From: Yuukianura sp. NJ FZ-2021
Taxonomy: Eukaryota
DNA length: 64,000 bases
Assembly (NCBI GenBank): GCA_046563655.1
Contig: CM102285.1
Location: 10,478,001-10,542,000, forward strand
Direction: 5' to 3'
Under the pieces are notes generated by a model that did no database searches, was not told the DNA's origin, and saw only the letters and a program-made list of their open reading frames with translations. Numbering within the stretch: position 1 is the first letter of the stretch; the number at the start of each line of letters is the position of its first letter. Shown here piece after piece: positions 36,401-48,365 of this stretch. The translations under genes were made by a program, and so were the position numbers.

Positions 36401-39400
36401 ATATTAAGGAATTAGTTTCTGCATCTTGAGCCGAGCTCTAGTTGAGTCAAAGAAAATTTATGTAAAGTTGAATTTCTTTTTGAATTTTTTGACTTTCTTT
36501 GCTTTCTCCGATGAAAATTTGAAATTCCACATTTATGTTCCTTTCGACTTAAAACTTAAGCAGTTTTTTTAATTGACGGAATACAGGATTTAGAACAACT
36601 GGATTTTGATTCGATTTGCTGATTTGAGTCGAATGCTTTCTAGAACTTGATTTCCATTGTGTTTTTGGTCAACGTTGAAAATTTGAGAGAAACCAAAATG
36701 TTCGTTTTCTATTGTTTTCAAACCATGCAAATTCCATCAGTCTGTCCAATCCGAAAACTTGTCACGCTTTCTCAAGAGAACAATTAACACTTACTGTCGC
36801 TCCAATGTCAGTTATACTCCTCCTTTGTAAAAATCGAAACATAGTCAGGACTACATGCCAAGTATTTGGAATGTGCTTTGTTTTTAAACACCCTCTGACT
36901 GATCTTGACTTTGCCAAAACAATGGATCCGTCAAAAGCTCTTCTCTCGAGTCCTATGAACTTTTGAAACCTCCAAAGACAATACAAATCAGCCTGGGAAA
37001 AGTGCGGGCTTTTCTCTGGGGTTGAAAATTTCGAAAGTTTGAAGATGACCAAAAGCATATTAGCCAAACCAAGCACGTCCTCAATTCCAAACTGTTGGAG
37101 ATCAATTTCCATATGGACCAAAATCCAAAGGAGGCATGGGGATGAGGGACTGTGTTGAAGTTAATAACTATGATGGAAAGGGGAGGAGAGATCAAATAAG
37201 GCTGAAATGTCGGCAGGCTTGATTACAGTCCAATCCCACTCTTAAGAGCGTTTACCTCAAAATTACTATAATTTCAATTGTTTCGCAAAATTTCAGCGTA
37301 GAAATTGAAACTAAAGTCATAAACAACAACTGCGTAAGTTTTAACTAACTTTTCAAACCAAAATTAAGTTTCATTTTTGTTACAACACACAACGAATTCA
37401 CAAAGAATAAGTTGCTTTGAACTGAAAATACAAAAATTGAATTTCATATTCAAAAAATTCAGTTTCATAAATTATTCCACTTTCCAATTGTTGAAATGGA
37501 CTTGAAAATTAAATTAAGGACATCCACTTATGATTCATTACTGCCTAAAAGTCGGCGGTGCTTTGAAACGTTTTAAGAAATGAGAAAGTACATCTCTGGA
37601 GGGGAGAGGTGAATCAGCATCTTGATGGAATCTTACTTTAGTACTGTTTGATCTGCTCAAATAACAAGTAGAGTACAACAATGGAACTTTGGACTGGAAC
37701 TGGGAACAAGTCTTCTTCAATTGTGATTTAAGATTCAAAACCTTCAGTAATTAATGCTGATGTAACCCAATGTAAATACAACTTAATTAAAAAAAGATCC
37801 AAGTAAAAGACATGCCTTGTTACTCTCAACGACATTCGAAAGGTAGCATTTTAAGAGCTTGATTTTTTTTTACTTTTCTAACGAAGGGCCTATTGTGTCC
37901 CCTTTTTTAAAAAAGTGGGACTTGGACCAGTTGCCTTAGTCTACTTAAATAATTCCTATAATTAAGTCTCCACATAAACATTTGAGAGAGGCAGATGAAT
38001 CAGATTTGGGCTTGTTATTAATTGACTTCTCTCTCAGACGAATGAAGTTCGTTCCCTCTTCTGTCCATGACTTGGCGGAAAACGTTGTTTCACCTTTCAA
38101 AAATTTAAAACAAGCTCCTCGTTCAACTCATTCGGCAGCAGCAGCTTTGTAGCTTTGTTTCTAATTTCAGTAGAGTCATTCCTGCTAAGTATTCAATTCG
38201 GTTAAGACCATCTTCTGAATCCCATGAGAACATTACGCTCAGAGATCCTGATTCCATTGCGGGAATGTTTTAGCAAAAAAGGCTTAGAAAACAATGCCCG
38301 GCTTCGTCTGACATTTGGCAGGCGTCAGAATTTTTTGTATTGCAATTTACTCTGCCATGCTTGCTTTAAGGTGATCTTCGAAGATCACTGAGAGAAATGT
38401 TCCTGGGGAAGATTGGAAGTATTTAAGTTGAATCTGAACCAAAAGGTGCGCCGTGCAGAGAGAGGAAAGATGCTTAATTCTAATTAACTTGAACTGTTGT
38501 AAGATTCCTGTGGGAATAATGAATCCTCTTCTGCACGATCTTCGTCATGGAGAGGCAGAGGGAGTTATGACAGGCGTCTATTAGGGAATCACACTCGCAA
38601 ATCATGTCGTGACTTGAACTTATTTCCCCATATTTCACCCCCTCCAAATCATTCATCTTCCGATTACCTTCGGAAGGAGAAAAAATGTTAGTAACTTACC
38701 CCCAAAAACCATAATTTTCAAGAATAATAGAATAGTAATTTAGTCCAATAGGATGAACCCAAATGTACAAAAAATAATTTAGAATCTCAGTCAAACTTCA
38801 TTTCAGTTGTTCTCGAGTACGAAAATGCAATGCAGAAAATTATGATTTTGCATTGGCAGACCACTTTCCAGTTTTGAAGTTGCTTTAATAATATGGTTTA
38901 GTTTTAAGAAGTGTTTTAAACTGGTCCTTTTAATTACTTTTTGTTTTTCAATTTTTACACGTCCACACAGAAATGATTAGTGGTAGTTTAGGGGAAGATT
39001 TAGATTGGAAAATTGTTTTTGAATTCTCCTTACCTAAGAAAATCATTTCTGTTTGAAGAAGATTCTGGACGAGATGATTATTACTTGATTTTATGGGATG
39101 TTGACTGACCTTGTAGCAAGATTTGAACGGTGAGAAACGGAGAACGCCTTCTCTCGTTCCATACATCACGGGAACGGATTTAATTGTTCCTTGGACTCTG
39201 AATTAATAACATAGCTGACCTCCCTATTTACGATCAAATGGGGTCCATGACCCCTGTAAGCAATCCGCACCTTCCTTCCAACACATGCAGCCATACTTTT
39301 GCATTGCAGATCAAATTCACAAAGATTCTTCTTGTACGAATCCTCAGCCCATTTTTGAAAGTCATTGTTCCAAAGTTGTCAAATTGAAAACGAATTTTCA

Positions 39401-42400
39401 AATTTTCGAAATCAAACAGCTTCATTTAAAAGTCATGTAAAAAATTATGATTTATGTGCATGGTGTGTAAAATTTTAAAGACTAGTTTGAGTCTTTACTC
39501 AGCATGAGAAAAAAGCATCCTGCGTAAAAGGAGGCCGGTGCTGTTTTCTCTGGTACTCATAAAGGCACTCGTTTGGAGAAAGTTTGGAGAAAGTAACGAC
39601 CTCCGTGAAATCCAAAAAAAAATCATTTCACATTAAGATTGTTACATAATGACAACTATTTCTTTCCTGTTTGATTCACTATTAATGTTCATAATGTCAT
39701 GTTAGTGTTACTCCTAAAAACACTCCAGTTTCTAGTGATTGGGTTTTGCTTTTTGTATGCTCAAGTGTACCTAAATGCAGTTGAAGTGCAAGAACAAAAT
39801 AGGAAACGCAAAGCACAAGGAAGAGTACCTTCGTACACTTGTTTGGAATGACCTTACGTGTCACAATTAGCAGTGATTGATATTCTCACCTTCCCTTTTG
39901 TACTCAGTTGTACTTCCAGTTTATGTCCCACTAACATTCGCTCAAATTGCTCAAGTTATGAATTTAAACATTTGGGATGACAGGGAAGGTTGGAAGGATT
40001 ATGGGTTCGTCTGTCAGCTTGGCTTGGGCCAAAAGTCATCTTCACCAAGTCGTAATGCCTCCAATAAACATTCTGAGGGCCATAACTTGAGGAACCTAGG
40101 CTCTGTTAACTACAACTGCTCCCATAAGTGTCATCTTTAAACTTGAGTTACGAATTCATCCCGATTCAAAATATTTGGAAAGTAAGGCTCCCGCCGTTTG
40201 AGGACTCAAATGACCCTTAGCAGGTTTTAATGTGCTCAAAATCACATCTGAAACCCACAGGTTCATTCCAACATCGTCCGAGCCCAACCTGTTTCGATCT
40301 CTATCTCCTCAATTTATTTCTAATGTGACCCTCATCCGATACCGTAATGCTCCAAGAAGTTGGTAGAAAGTTTTTAAATACACAAGTTGGTCTGAAATAT
40401 CGGACCCTGAAACCTGTGGGATACTTGAAGTGTTTTCGGTTTTCAGAAAAATTATTTTCGCTATATGAAATGAAACTAATGAAAATACAGGCAAAGCGTT
40501 TTTAAAAATTTCAGAATTTAAACACTAATTCCCATTGTTGCCTCCCCTTTGTTTATTCTGAACTGAATCAACCTCCGTGTATTTAGTTGAGAGGTGAGTG
40601 ACCTTAGATGAGCAGAAGCCTGTGAGGCGTGTTTGCTCAGAGATTGCACAAGAATTGGAGGTGGGTCTTACAGATGCTGGTAAATACTTTGCCATTCCTT
40701 TATTTGCAAGGGAAGCCTATGGTTGAGGAACCTGCAATTGGAGCATTGGCACAAGCCGAGCCCACCCCCATAAATCCCCTTCGAACCCCTCGTTATGAAT
40801 TGGAAGTGGAGCAGATGAACAAAGCCTGGCCTACTTTATAGCCCGTCTATCACAAATTGGCCCTCTGCGTTTCCCCCTCTGCTTCAATTCATGTGCAATG
40901 CAATAACTAAAGTAAATCTGCACTGTAATGGTAAGATCTTCACAAATCTCTAAGGAATTGAAACGGATTTCCCACGCTTCAAAAGATACGAAATGAAGAA
41001 AAAACGCCAAGGAATCCTGTAATTTTGGAGTTCAACTTTACACCTAAATTGTTGGGGAAAAGTTTGAGATCACATGGTGACTTGGGTAATGTTTTGCAAC
41101 ATGTTCTCATGAGATAGATTTTGGGAAACAATGGACCAATATTTCTAAAAGTCCCACCGCCTGTCACTCCTTAGAAAATAAATGGGGTTGGAGAGTAACA
41201 AGTGTGAAATGAAATTAGTAGAGTAAATCACGGCATCCAACAACATGTTTGCAGGAAATTGTTCAATTTGTTCTCTTGAACTAAAAATTTGAGAAATCAT
41301 TTTTAACCCAAATTTTTATAGTTGTTGCTTTTACTCCCAATTTTTTCTAAACTTTCACTTCTCAGAACCAAACTAACGAGACACAAAGTATTTTTAAAAA
41401 TTTGAAACCACGAACATGACATGAACTTTTCTTTAACTCGAATTGAATTTCCACGAAGTAAATTCATTTGCGCATTGTGAGCTCAATCCAACTAATAATC
41501 AGAGATCAAAACTTTATTTTCCCATACACATATAATATTTCAACCGGCATCGTTTCACTTTCTCTCATTGTGAAGGTAACACTCACTGTGCGAGGCCAAG
41601 TGCGAGGCCATTGACATTTGGACAAAATTGGCTAATTTTTTTGAAATTTAGCTTTGGTCCGGAAGGAAACGTCTGGAATCCTTCAAACTTCCTTCGGATC
41701 TTAAGGCGTTGGCACTATTTGAAAGTACTACAGGAAATTTAATACCGTTTCCTTTCAAGATTTCAAAAAAGGAATTCATAGCATCAGAGGTCAACGTGCT
41801 CTCAGAAATATTTCTGGTCGTTCAACAATTGAAAGCATTTCACATGTTAATTGCAAAGGAAGCTGAGAACCTTCCGTTCTGCTAATTAAAAGAAACCAAA
41901 ATACTATTTCGTAGTGTTAATGAAACGGATATGGAGAGGCAGAAATCCAAAAATAACTACACTTGAACAACATTAAGATTTTGAATCATAATTGGAAACG
42001 AACAAACACCCGTCTCGTCTACCATTTTTTAGTTACTGTTGCACAACAGTTTGGCTTTTAGTACTTTTTTAACGGCCTGTCGGATCTTATTTGGCAGCAG
42101 TAGGTAGTGATCACGCCGAGTTATGATTATTGCATTTTCCAAAGAAGAAGGCCAAGTTGCCACAATGTTATTTTTTGACAATGGGATTCGACAGAACACA
42201 TCATTTCGTGCATGGCTACCCACAGATACACGCAATTTGATTTTTCACGGAGATAGAGACAAAGGAATTGTTTTGTCAAATTAGTTTGTTCTTTAAACGT
42301 ATGGAAGCGTCTTGAAAGAAAAACACGGTTTTTAGCGAACGTTTTCATTGAAATCAGCGTGTGTCGTGAGATGAACATGGCACATAAGCTGTCGTCTTCA

Positions 42401-42684
42401 AATAATTCATTTTTCATATTCTAAAAAATACATAGCATGGTACAGATACAGATCAGACGAAACTGTCATGACCTGTCCTTCTGTATTTCAAAAAATGACG
42501 AATGAAGATGTTCGAAGAGGTCGCTTTCTCTTTCAAAGCAAACAAAAAATGTCAAATGCATTTTCGAATTCTTTTACAAGCTGTTGAATTTCTTTTTCTG
42601 CAAAGAAACACGATTTGGTTGCAAAATTTATAAAAAATTTAAGCATTCATATTGAGTCTGTCGCATTTGATTGAGATGTGGTTA

Positions 42685-42757
42685 TGCAATGGTGATTTTT
42701 AGACAGAGCAATTGCTTGTACAAACTGCAATGATGATTTTTAGACTGACTAATTGCT
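42685..42757. repeat. Tandem duplication, period 41 bp
   Basis: TGCAATGGTGATTTTTAGACAGAGCAATTGCT / TGCAATGATGATTTTTAGACTGACTAATTGCT. Confidence 0.75.
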
Positions 42758-44002
42758 AACAACTAGATTTTGAAATGTGTCAGATGAATAGAACAAGAAA
42801 TGAATAAGTTGAAAAGGAGTCCTGTGTTGATAATTGCTGAAATTCATAACTGAAAAGTCATCTTCATCTTGTTCATCTTCTTGGAAGGCATATGGTACAG
42901 TGAGTTACATTTGTTGAAAAAAATGTTACAAAAAACATTATTTGTTAATCTACATGATTTCCTCGTCTAAATTCAAGTCATTCTCTATTCTGGTTTTGAT
43001 TGACTCAAGTTCTGTTTTAAATTTCGCTTTCACAACCCAACTGCGCCGTGATATATTAATTTCTCGTCAAATCCGATTTCTCAAAAACGTCATATCACCT
43101 AACGCTTAAAATCAAATTTGGATTGTATCAAGAAAGCTCTGAATTGAATCCGTCACAGAAGCCGCAAAATTACGTCGGCTTCTAATTCTTAAGCGTTGGT
43201 TAGCTTGGATATTACGTTGAGGACAGATGCTTCATCAGCATCAGTCACGTTTGAAAATAGACCACAGTAGTCCTGCATCATGGCCTCCGATTCTTCCTTG
43301 AAAGTGGACTCAAGGGATATCGTTTCCTTTCTCAGGGAGATGAGGTAAGAATGGTTTGAAATGATCCCATTGTTATATTTCCATTTACCTTCAATTCATA
43401 AGAAATTATGACAATGGGGAACTCTCCTTCGTGTGGCTTGTTTGTACTATTCTGTATTTTGTATTATTGTTCTGTTACTATTTGTATGTATAACAAAGTA
43501 TTTGTCCCTTTGCATGGGAAAGGATTTGCTATTTATACTGTCATTACACTTGCTTTTCTTAAGACGCAAAGGGTAAGGACCGGAAGTCTTGTTACTCTTC
43601 TTTTGTCACCATTCATCACGCCTTAACTTCCCAGTGTCAACTGCAACACCTTTCCGTTTTCAATTCATTCAAGGTTTGTTCAATTCACAAAATTTTACTT
43701 AAGCCGTGCATAGAAATCGTAATTTACAATTTTTCCGACATGTTTTTAGAAAATTAGAGCTAAAGAATTTAAAAAAGGATTGAGTTAAAGTCTAACGACA
43801 AGGTCAAAAAGAAAGTTTATTTACAAGCATAAGTGAAAATTTTTGGAATTCGACTTTTAGTTCAGTTTAGTTTAAGATAGAAAAATAGATTCAAATTGTC
43901 TTTTGAATTTTGAAAATGGAAATCTGACATTGCAAATTTTGGTGAAATGTGTTTCGGCTCGAATTCTTGTGAATTTTGTAAAGAATCTCCATGAAGAGGT
44001 TT

Positions 44003-44678
44003 TCAGGAAAAGTCCTCAACTGCATCGAGGACTTCCTCAATACTTTCCCCAGCATCCAGTTGACTCATCATGTCGTTGTATCGCTGGACGTTTCGACAGT
44101 ACTCTTGATAGTACTTGTTCCGGTCACGACAGCTGAGGCCTTTCCAACAAGTTCCAACCGTACGGCCAATTCGACGAAACGGGATATTTTTGTGTGTCTA
44201 AAGTCCAAAACAAAAATTTCTTGTAGTTTCAGGAGACAAAATTTATAGAAAAACTGTTCTGTTCATACCCGACAATATTCTTTCATAAACAGGAGGTATG
44301 CGTTTGCTGGTTTTGTGAGTAGTGCCTTCCTTGATTTCCAACGACACAAGCTGCACTGGTAATTCGGAATAGTTGACGCTGCTGCGACGATGTAACACTG
44401 CTTTGTCCGATCGTCAAGCCTGTTCCAACTACACGCAGCTTCTCGCATGACTTTTTTGCAGTGATTCTAAAATATTTGTAGAAAATTAGTCTCAAAATAT
44501 AACGGGAAAGTCAAGATTTGGTAAAATACGGATTTACAAAGCGATTGCGCGGGTCGCGTGGAAGATCCGACTCACAGAATCGGCGACGGAAGTACAAATT
44601 GAATCCCGTGACGGGACGCTTTGGCTTCGTCTTCCGGAGATACTTCATAATTTGACATTGCCGCCCGGTTTTGGTCAT
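44003..44678 (-). CDS. Small basic, Cys-rich protein with two HMG boxes; 3 exons (44678-44538, 44466-44269, 44197-44003), 177 aa
   Basis: Phase-0 GT-AG splicing gives KPKRPVTGFNLYFRRRF...KKVMREAACSWNRLDDRTKQCY and KPANAYLLFMKEYCRTHKNIPFRRIGRTVGTCWKGLSCRDRNKYYQEY, both fitting the HMG-box P....Y/F..F ... W..L....K..Y pattern. Confidence 0.82.
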
Positions 44679-45109
44679 TCTGCGGGTGAAGATTGTTATT
44701 ACAAAAATGAATTAAAGATTATAAAAATTGTAAAGTAATCGATTGACGGTGACGATTTAAACTGTTGAAGCTAAACTTATTCTAACTTTTATTGAAAACC
44801 GACTAAAGCTACTGCTGGGATTGAAAGTTTGTTTCAAAATTAAACCAGTTAAAGTGGAAGCGGTGCTCATGACGATACTTTCGCTAAACGCATTACATTT
44901 TAACAACTTACAATTTTCTGTAGATTTCGTTCAAAACATTGCATTAGAGTGAAAATGATGCCTACACGGCAAGAGAAAGTTTTTGTTATGCATTTAGTTA
45001 AGTTTATTTTGTCTGTTTTTCAGAAAAGTTCAATTTAGAACGACTAGTGAAGATTGGTTAAATCAAAATTTAAAAAATTTAGGCTCAGAAATTTTGGGAA
45101 TTGAAATTT

Positions 45110-45499
45110 TCAGAGAATTGGTCGTCCATCTCCATCCACTCCTTTGACTTTAACTGGTGCACCAGCAAAATGAGCCATAGCTGCCTTCTTGAGGAAAGGT
45201 TGCGTATCTGCCCAGACTTTGAAAAGAAACAACTTGGCTTTATCGAATTCCTTGATGTAGGTTGGCTTGACCTTTGTGCAGTTCTTGTCAATGTACTCCA
45301 TCCCAAGAGCAGTCGCCCAAGCCTTCTGGTCGAAGCGTTGGTCCTCCATTTCCTTCTTGAGAACCGAGTAGGAGAGGCCAACTGCCTTGCAAAATCCATC
45401 AGTCAATTCAAAAGATCCATTCGTATTTTGAAATTTCAGGAGAGCCTTCATTTTATCCGTTTCATCCTTCACTTGCGCAGCGGATTTGGACGACGTCAT
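45110..45499 (-). CDS. 129-aa protein resembling the C-terminal helical domain of VWA5A/PARP4-type proteins
   Basis: LLKFQNTNGSFEL...WATALGMEYI...KAKLFL recalls the Q..NGSW.L...WAT.L....L...KA..W signature; 5'-UTR intron with GTAAGT donor (~45621) and TTTCACAG acceptor (~45535) supports a real gene. Confidence 0.6.
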   Translation of the reverse strand: MTSSKSAAQVKDETDKMKALLKFQNTNGSFELTDGFCKAVGLSYSVLKKEMEDQRFDQKAWATALGMEYIDKNCTKVKPTYIKEFDKAKLFLFKVWADTQPFLKKAAMAHFAGAPVKVKGVDGDGRPIL

Positions 45500-48202
45500 G
45501 GCTCGGGCTAATTTGGATATCTGGACAGTACAGCCTGTGAAAATTTGCTCACATTGAGATTTTCGTCAATAATTTGTCAATTAGCGTTACTTTTTGAACT
45601 TTCTCTTGCAAAATTACTTACCGTTCCGCTTTCTCTGTCCTTTCAGCAGCAGCAGCAGCCCGCTCGCTCGAACACTTCTAATTTTATTTTGATATTATGA
45701 TTTTATTTCTGCAATCTAATTTGCAATTGTAAACAAGAGTTTAGACTGTTGTCATGAGAACCGAAATTTACAAAAATTCAGACACTCCAAGCTAAAGCTT
45801 CACAATAATGATTTCATTCCATGAGCACGTTTTGTTCCTTGAGGTAAACTACGGAAAATAAGTGAAAGCAGATTAGATCATGTCACCTAAAACAGAATTT
45901 ATGGAAAGCGTTAGGCCCCGTAAGTCCTAGGATGATGGACTACAAGCTCTTTTAAAGTAGACTATCAAAGTACTTTGGAAGCGTTTAAGCGATTTAAAAT
46001 TACGATTTTCAGCGATTACGTCCTGACTTAGGAGTAATGATGCTGACTGATACGGAGGATGACATTTGTATTGTAATTTTGTCGCACGCGTGTTTGACCC
46101 CCTTCGGACGCTTCGTAAACTCTTGAACATTCTGACTGGTTCACATGTCCCAAGCCCTTGAAATTGAAGTGCCTTTGCTAAAGTCCCGTTTAGAAGGTTT
46201 ACAGCCACAGGTTCTAGTTTTATGAAGGGTGTTCATGCATCGTGTTCCTTGATTCTTTGCAGACAAGGACTTCGGACTGTCGGACTCCCGCCGTTTTTAC
46301 TGAGGATTGAGATCCATTTGACATTTTTGTCTCCTTGGAGGAACCACTCTGAGCATACACAATTACTTCAACCATAAGATTCCCCACTACGGTTACGATT
46401 ATGAGGCTATTTTCATTGTCAAAAAACATTGAACAAAGTGAACGTTTTAAGAATTGAATGACCACAGAATCACTGAACCTTACTTTTTCTTCACGGCCTG
46501 AACTCCTCTCCTGGGAAATGTAATTCAGAACATCAAGAAAACCAAGAGGACATTGCCTTGTGCAACGCTCCGAAACCATTTTCAAATTCAAATTTGCAAA
46601 ATGCGAAACATTTTGTCTTGATGTCAAGAAAAGAATTTTCACTTCTGTTCGAAAATTTCATCTCCAACAAAATTTTCCTCAGAAATTGCAAATTTTCATG
46701 TAAATTCGGGAATTTCATCCGTAAATTCTTAAAGGAGCTTGAATTTTTGTCATATAATAACTGCGCTTTTCAAATATCTGAATCAGTTGCGTCATTGTCG
46801 AGTTCCAGTGTAATCTTCAGCAAATGTAGGAAATCCAAGTCGAAATGTTAGTTTTTCCTTCGTTAGGGTCTTGTGAGTGTGTTAATTTTTTGAAAAATTA
46901 GTAGAGACCACACAGTGCATACAAATGGTAAGTTGTTTGGAAAACAAACATTAAGTAGCATGCCAATAGCGTTGGTATAAATCAAGGCAGTGACAGATGA
47001 CTTAAGGATGCCCAACCTACTTCTTCAAGTTCTTTCCAATTCTGAACTGAATGTTGAACTACCTAATTAGAACCATGAGAAATGGACTCACCTTCAATCC
47101 ATTGACTAATTGGAGGTTCGTACAAGGACTCAAGGATTGCCAAGCCCAGTAGCCTCCCCCAAACTGTAACGAGAGCATCTCACGCAAAAGTCACATCAGT
47201 AGCTTTCTGCCCTTATTTGAAATTTAAAACAAAAGTTTCAAAAAAAATCTTCGAGAAATTCTGGCAACGACGCCTTGTTTCAAATCGAATTTCGAAATCC
47301 AGTTTCTGAAAGCAGAAGGAGGGAGAAGGCGTTTAACAAAAAATTGTTTTAAAAAATCATGTTTTTTTCATAAAACTTGTAAAAAATGGCTTAATACGCA
47401 AACGTAAGGTCAAAAGGTCACCGGCTGGTCTAAGCGGGGGGCAAGACAAAAAGCAGAGCACTTCATCAACTTATCCTGTCAGCAAAAGTAATGAGTCGCT
47501 TGAATCTCTGAACACAAATCAAGCAACATCTACATTTCAATTTGAAATTATTAAAAAACAGTTCAACTTTTTTCCAGATTAATTGTACATTCGTTGGAAT
47601 TAATATTTTTCTGGAAGGTCAACGAACGTGTAAGGCCGTAAGTCCTTAATGAACTTCAATTGAGTGTTTCTTTTCCAAAAACCAGCAGAAAAGAAGCTCT
47701 AGGAGGTACGAGACCAGGATGAGCAGAGAATTGCGCTGTTTATTTCATAGCAAGGCCATAACTTACAATAGGAAAAAACGAAGTGACATGATATTCCAGT
47801 TTTCTTACTCATTTGTTCACTTCTTGATTTATTTAAGGTCTTTAACTCTCTCCCTCCAACAAAGTGGACGAGTCCGGTTCGTTTTTTTCTTCAGCTTTTT
47901 CTGAAATTTCATTTTTATTGTAAACCTTCAACACTTTAAAAACGTAGAGGCGTAGAGGGGAACAAAAGCAATTTCAAAAGTTGTGGGGGTCTGTTGAATT
48001 AGAGTCTAAATGAAGTCAGCGTGGATGTACATTCCACTGGCGATGGTGTTAATTAATTCTTAATTTTAATCAAGAGCTTTACTGGGTAACGAAAGGTACT
48101 GTTATAAATCCAGGAATGGTGAAATCATAGATGTCGTTCTTATTTTTTCAAAAATCTCATTGCAAAATTTTTGTTAGAATATCTAGGTAAGGTACTCGTT
48201 GA

Positions 48203-48365
48203 AGGTAACTTCGTCGGAAGTGAATTGGTCGGAAACGCAGAGGTCGGCAGGCGTATATGGGATTTAGGTTAGGTTTGGTTAATCTTTCTAATGCTAGGGG
48301 TAGGTTAGGTTTGCCGACCTCTGCGTTTTCGACCAATCCAATTTCCAATTCCAACCAAATTACCT
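48203..48365. mobile_element. Short foldback/MITE-like element with an internal TTAGG-like tract
   Basis: 26-bp inverted repeat ATTGGTCGGAAACGCAGAGGTCGGCA (48224-48249) vs 48312-48337 (25/26), extending imperfectly to AGGTAA...TTACCT; core contains TTAGGTTAGGTTTGG and TAGGTTAGGTTT. Confidence 0.7.
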
